From the IMG/VR virus record IMGVR_UViG_3300033485_000022, positions 1 to 49,058 of that record: DNA of 49,058 nucleotides. One strand, written 5' to 3'. How positions within the stretch are numbered: position 1 is the first letter of the stretch; each line of letters starts with the position of its first letter. Both the position numbers and the translations under genes were made by a program. The notes beneath the pieces were generated by a model. That model ran no database searches. It was not told the origin of the DNA and saw only the letters and a list, made by a program, of their open reading frames with translations. Source of the stretch: a virus (lineage: Duplodnaviria > Caudoviricetes). Below are positions 45,184 through 49,058 of the stretch, piece after piece.

Positions 45184-46024
45184 GGCCCCTACCGTAACGC
45201 CCCGCGTCAGTGCCCCAGCCCCGCCGAGCATCGCCCGACAGCCGGCCAAGACCTTCACCGTCGCCCCGTGGATCGGGTCCAATGAGGGGGAGAAGATCAT
45301 TGTGTACGCCCCTTCCGGCATGGGCAAGACGACCCTCGCTGCGATGGCCCCCGATCCGGTGTTCATCGGCATTGACGACGGCGGCCGGAAGATCGTCAAC
45401 CCCAAGACCGTACAGCCGGTACTCCACGTCCCCGGCGTCGAGACGTTCGGCGACGTGCGGGCCGTGCTGCAAAGCAACGTGTTCGACAACCACGCTTCGG
45501 CGGTGATCGACACCATCACCATGCTCCAACATTGGGCCTTGCCGTTCATGTTCGCGACGATCCCGCATGAGAAAGGCACGCGGGTCACGAGTATCGAGGG
45601 TTATGGCTACGGCAAAGGCTACCGGCACCTGTTCGACATGATGCACATGGTCCTCGCCGATTGCGACCGCCTCGTCAGGATGGGAAAGAATGTCATCCTG
45701 ATTTGTCAGGAAGCGGCCACAGCTGAGACCAACACCGCCGGCGAGAACTACCTAAAATCCGGCCCTAACCTCCACCACTCCGACAAGGCATCTGTCCGCA
45801 AGGACTATATCGAGTGGGCCGATCACGTCTTTCGGATCGGGTGGGAGAACGCGGCGGTCTCCGACCGGAAAATCACCCCAGTCAGCGGTCGGTGTATCAA
45901 CGTCAAGCCCGATGCGACTTTCGAGGCTAAGTCCCGCGGCACCACGTTCGCCGATGTCCCGGTCGTCGCGTTTGAGCGACCGGATGACGATAGCCTATGG
46001 CAGTTCCTTTTCGGAGGTAAGTAA
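45176..46024 (+). CDS. AAA_24/Sak4-like ATPase (single-strand annealing)
   Basis: VYAPSGMGKTT, VIDT, SIEGYGYGKGY, EWAD, AKSR. Confidence 0.85.
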   Translation: MAKAPTVTPRVSAPAPPSIARQPAKTFTVAPWIGSNEGEKIIVYAPSGMGKTTLAAMAPDPVFIGIDDGGRKIVNPKTVQPVLHVPGVETFGDVRAVLQSNVFDNHASAVIDTITMLQHWALPFMFATIPHEKGTRVTSIEGYGYGKGYRHLFDMMHMVLADCDRLVRMGKNVILICQEAATAETNTAGENYLKSGPNLHHSDKASVRKDYIEWADHVFRIGWENAAVSDRKITPVSGRCINVKPDATFEAKSRGTTFADVPVVAFERPDDDSLWQFLFGGK

Positions 46025-46269
46025 TGCACGGACCATACGATGATTGGAGTTCTGATAACAAATGGGGATCACATTATCCAAAATCGGAGCAATTGCCGTC
46101 AAAGCCGACGGACATCATCGAGGATGACCCCGCTTACCGTCCGCCGTGTTGTCACCCGCAACATGAGCCCCCGCGCCATATCTGTATTCCGCCGGGTAAG
46201 CGGTTGCGGCATCGGTGCCCCGGCTGCGGGAAAGAGACGGTGATCGTCGGGCACCATGTATTCATGTGA
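46024..46269 (+). CDS. Small Cys/His-rich protein
   Basis: CCHPQHEPP.H..HRCPGCG; GGAGG RBS. Confidence 0.6.
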   Translation: MHGPYDDWSSDNKWGSHYPKSEQLPSKPTDIIEDDPAYRPPCCHPQHEPPRHICIPPGKRLRHRCPGCGKETVIVGHHVFM

Positions 46270-46282
46270 GGAGGTAAGTAGT

Positions 46283-46417
46283 GTGACACCCAAACGTAAC
46301 GCCCCGTGCCCGTGCGGCAGCGGGCACAAGTACAAGAAGTGTTGTGGCAAACCGCCCACCGAAGAACAGAGAGTGCGGTTTGCGAAACTGAAAAGAATGT
46401 TTGAAATCGGAGGTTAG
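46283..46417 (+). CDS. Stand-alone SEC-C motif protein (44 aa, not in the ORF track)
   Basis: RNAPCPCGSGHKYKKCCG; GAGGAGG RBS. Confidence 0.8.
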   Translation: MTPKRNAPCPCGSGHKYKKCCGKPPTEEQRVRFAKLKRMFEIGG

Positions 46418-46420
46418 TGA

Positions 46421-47338
46421 ATGTCGAACATCAATCAACCGGGAAACTATCGCGGCCTCGTCGTGGACCGCGGCCTCAGTACCTCGTCGGGCGGGCACTT
46501 GCAGATGGAAGTGACCATGCAGGCGACCGAGAAGTATGATGAGGAGAATCAGGTGTGGTCGCCGTTCAATTTCGAGGATTGCGAGGCGCAAGCCTACCTC
46601 AACCTCATCACCGGCAAGGAAAAAGAGAACGCGATCAACTGCCGCCAGATCATGCGGGCGTTCGGTTGGGACGGCATGGCGTTCTCCACGCTGAACAATC
46701 CCGATTCGCCGCTGGCTACGCAAATTCAGTGGCGTATGGGGATGGAGACCTACAATGAGGTTGAGCGGTGCAAGGTTCAGGGCATCAGTGCCTACGATGC
46801 CGCGCCCGGCCGGCAGGTCGAGAAGCTCGACCCTGCGGCAGTCCGCGCCATTGACGCCAAGTATGCCGGTATCTTGAAGAATCTCGGCGGCGGCCCGAAG
46901 CCCAAGAGCGCGACCCCGCGGCCCGTGGCTCCGGCCCCGGTGAGCCCGGACCCTACGCCGGCTGCACTTCCGACGCCTCCCGTAGCGGCGGCTGCTTTGG
47001 CTGCCGCTGTGACTACTGCGCCGAGTGGAGAAAGTACAGTCGTTACGCCCGCCCCTGAGAAGCCCAAGCGCGGCCGCCCGGCAGCGCCGAAGGCCCCGCC
47101 CGCAGCCCCGGCAGTGGTCACGCCGCCGCCGGTGATGCCTGTGGCGACAGCGGCACCAGTGACTCCGATGACCCAGCAAGACGCATGGGACGCCTACACC
47201 GCCAAGGCGGCCGGCAAGACCGATATGGAGATCACGAACACTTGGACCGGCATCGTCCACGAGATCGGCGGCGACGAGAAGGTCGGCGCGGACTGGTCGG
47301 GCGTGTACGCCCAGTGCTGTAGCAAGCTGGGGGTCTGA
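46421..47338 (+). CDS. Probable ssDNA-binding protein (DUF669-like OB fold with Pro/Ala-rich linker)
   Basis: PGNYRG.V...SSGG..Q N-terminus; position after the Sak4-like ATPase. Confidence 0.6.
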   Translation: MSNINQPGNYRGLVVDRGLSTSSGGHLQMEVTMQATEKYDEENQVWSPFNFEDCEAQAYLNLITGKEKENAINCRQIMRAFGWDGMAFSTLNNPDSPLATQIQWRMGMETYNEVERCKVQGISAYDAAPGRQVEKLDPAAVRAIDAKYAGILKNLGGGPKPKSATPRPVAPAPVSPDPTPAALPTPPVAAAALAAAVTTAPSGESTVVTPAPEKPKRGRPAAPKAPPAAPAVVTPPPVMPVATAAPVTPMTQQDAWDAYTAKAAGKTDMEITNTWTGIVHEIGGDEKVGADWSGVYAQCCSKLGV

Positions 47339-47407
47339 TACCCCGGCGTATCATGGGGCACGGAGGCCCCGCAGAGGGGATAGCGGTGTAGCTGAGTTCA
47401 TAAAGGC

Positions 47408-49038
47408 ATGTATGCCATGACGGATTTTAACGACCTCCTACTTACATTCCAATCCAACATGTACCCTTGCATGGTGGACGCCCTCGCCGCCGACCTCGGC
47501 GTGACATCGGACGCCATTCGGCGGCTCGGCGTGGGCTACTACCCTAAAGAGGGCTGTTGGATTTTCGCGGAGCGTGACGGCGACGGCAAAGTCACCGGCC
47601 TGCTCCGGCGATATCAAGACGGCAAGAAATACACATGGGAAGGCAGTAAACGAGGGCTCTACTATGAATGTCTGGGTGTACGACAAAAAGGCAAAGACCT
47701 ACCGGAGTACCGGCCCCAATTCGTTCGAGTGGGAGACGCTGGGGTGGAGTGCCCGATTTGCCACAGGGAGCGGGATGGCTGTCTCGTGTCTGATGAGGAC
47801 ACAGAGGACCCCGCTTGCGTCATTTGCGTCCGAACCCCCGACGGTGCAGAGCGTAGCCTTGAAACTGGGGCTGGGTACTTCCATCGTCGTCATGCCCAGC
47901 CTGATTATCGAGGAGGAGCCGTATCTGTACTGCCTGTATCGGATCAGCCGGTGGTTGTCACTGAGGGCGCGTCTGACTGCCTGGCTGCGATGTCGATGGG
48001 CTACGTGGCGGTCGGCCGGGCGAACGCGGACGCGACCCATAAGGGACTCGCGGGGCTACTACAGGGGCGCGAGGTCATCCTTGTCGGCGACCGCGACCCT
48101 CACGGCGTGGGACAACGCGGATTAGAGGCAGCATTTCAGACCCTTCGCCCCATAGTCCAATCCATAGTCAAAGTCCTCCCGCCAGAGGGCAAGGGCAAGG
48201 ACCTCCGGGCCTGGCAACCAACCCGCGCGGAGTTCGAGGCCCACGTAGCCAAGGCCGGCATCACCACCGATGACGGCTCGGTCCTGGCCGATACCGCTCC
48301 GCTCGCCTTGGTCAAGAACTGGATTCAGGTCATGCACATGCGCGACGGCACACCGCTGATCCGCCGGGTCCACGGCGACTACTATATTTGGGAGGGTCCC
48401 ACCTATCGAAAAGTCAGTCAGGAGGAAATTCGTGGCGAGTGGTATGCGTTCTTCACCGACAAGCAGGCCAAGGTCCCGACCGGCAAGGACATCAAAATAC
48501 AAACCATACGACCCGACCGCAAATTCTGTGCTGACCTTCACGATGCGGCGAGTGCGCACTGTAACGTCCGCATCGAGGATGGTGTTCACGAGCCATTCCT
48601 GATCGCGGCCCGTGCTCCGATGGACCTTGCCCGCGCGGTGGTGTTTCAGAACGGCATCCTGTACGTCACTGATGGCCGATTGTCGCCGCTCACCCCAGAT
48701 GTGTTTCTAACGAGCACCCTGCCCTACGACTACAACCCCCGATATCAGTGTGAGAAATGGGAGTGGTTCGTGAGGGACATCTTCAACGGAGACCCCGAAT
48801 GTATCGCCCTACTTCAAGAGTGGTTCGGGTACAACCTGATCGCGTCCAACCACATGCAGAGCATGATGTTCCTGTTCGGTGTTCCTGGGTCGGGCAAAAG
48901 TACAACTGCCGGTGTCTTACAGGCCCTTCTTGGGCCTGCGCGGTGTTGTGGCGCAAGTACCGACAACTTCAAAGGTCTGTTCGGTAAAGAAACCCTCCTA
49001 AACAAGTACGCCGCGATCATGTCCGAGTCCCGCGATAC
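47408..49038 (+). CDS. Primase-helicase, N-terminal part (Zn finger, TOPRIM, SF3 helicase Walker A); ~760 aa in total when joined to 1-778
   Basis: Manual translation: CPIC..C..C, VVVTEGASD, LVGDRD, KDLR, FQNG, LQEWFGY, FLFGVPGSGKST; absent from the ORF track because it runs off the window end. Confidence 0.88.
48913..49038. repeat. Terminal direct repeat, right copy
   Basis: Identical to 1-126. Confidence 0.95.
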
Positions 49039-49039
49039 T

Positions 49040-49058
49040 AATGATACGGTGACCACCG
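49040..49058 (+). other. Illumina P5 adapter-like remnant (artefact)
   Basis: AATGATACGGTGACCACCG matches the P5 sequence AATGATACGGCGACCACCG at 18 of 19 bases and begins where the terminal repeat breaks off. Confidence 0.85.

Noticed and set aside
44158-45588. Long antisense ORFs (476 aa here; also 5205-6305, 16082-17194, 18593-19627, 46262-47260)
   Set aside because: Shadow ORFs opposite well-supported genes in GC-rich DNA, with no motifs or RBS

Overview
The window is an apparently complete, circular ~48.9-kb tailed-phage genome. Bases 1-126 recur at 48913-49038, followed by an Illumina P5-like adapter remnant. There are two divergent arms. The minus arm (30.2 kb down to 4.6 kb) carries an HtrA-like protease, GroES, an SPFH protein, terminase, portal, scaffold, capsid, podovirus-like tail/nozzle and fibre genes, a Kelch propeller and large internal/ejection proteins. 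The plus arm (30.5 kb through the contig junction to 4.6 kb) carries small early genes, a putative origin with two perfect DnaA boxes, nucleotide-metabolism genes, family A DNA polymerase, VRR-NUC, endonuclease VII, a frameshifted DNA methyltransferase, exonuclease/Sak4-like ATPase/SSB, a TOPRIM-SF3 primase-helicase spanning the junction, and an intact RecG. I found no integrase, endolysin, reverse transcriptase or CRISPR array. The most unusual signals are non-coding. (i) Two near-consensus sigma70 promoters share a 5' leader, GCTGGCAAGCAA, and early genes share a GAGGGTGA start motif; a 28-nt intergenic tract at 35626-35653 is complementary to both motifs in the correct order, suggesting a multi-target antisense switch. 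(ii) A 25-29-bp motif in three copies forms a long palindrome at 29.8 kb and a perfect inverted repeat with the 5' UTR of an HTH regulator 6.2 kb away. (iii) A tRNA-like RNA has a ~40-nt D-loop. The tail region also shows a split nozzle gene and short peptides shared between neighbouring proteins. All annotations come from motif recognition by eye; no database searches were run.
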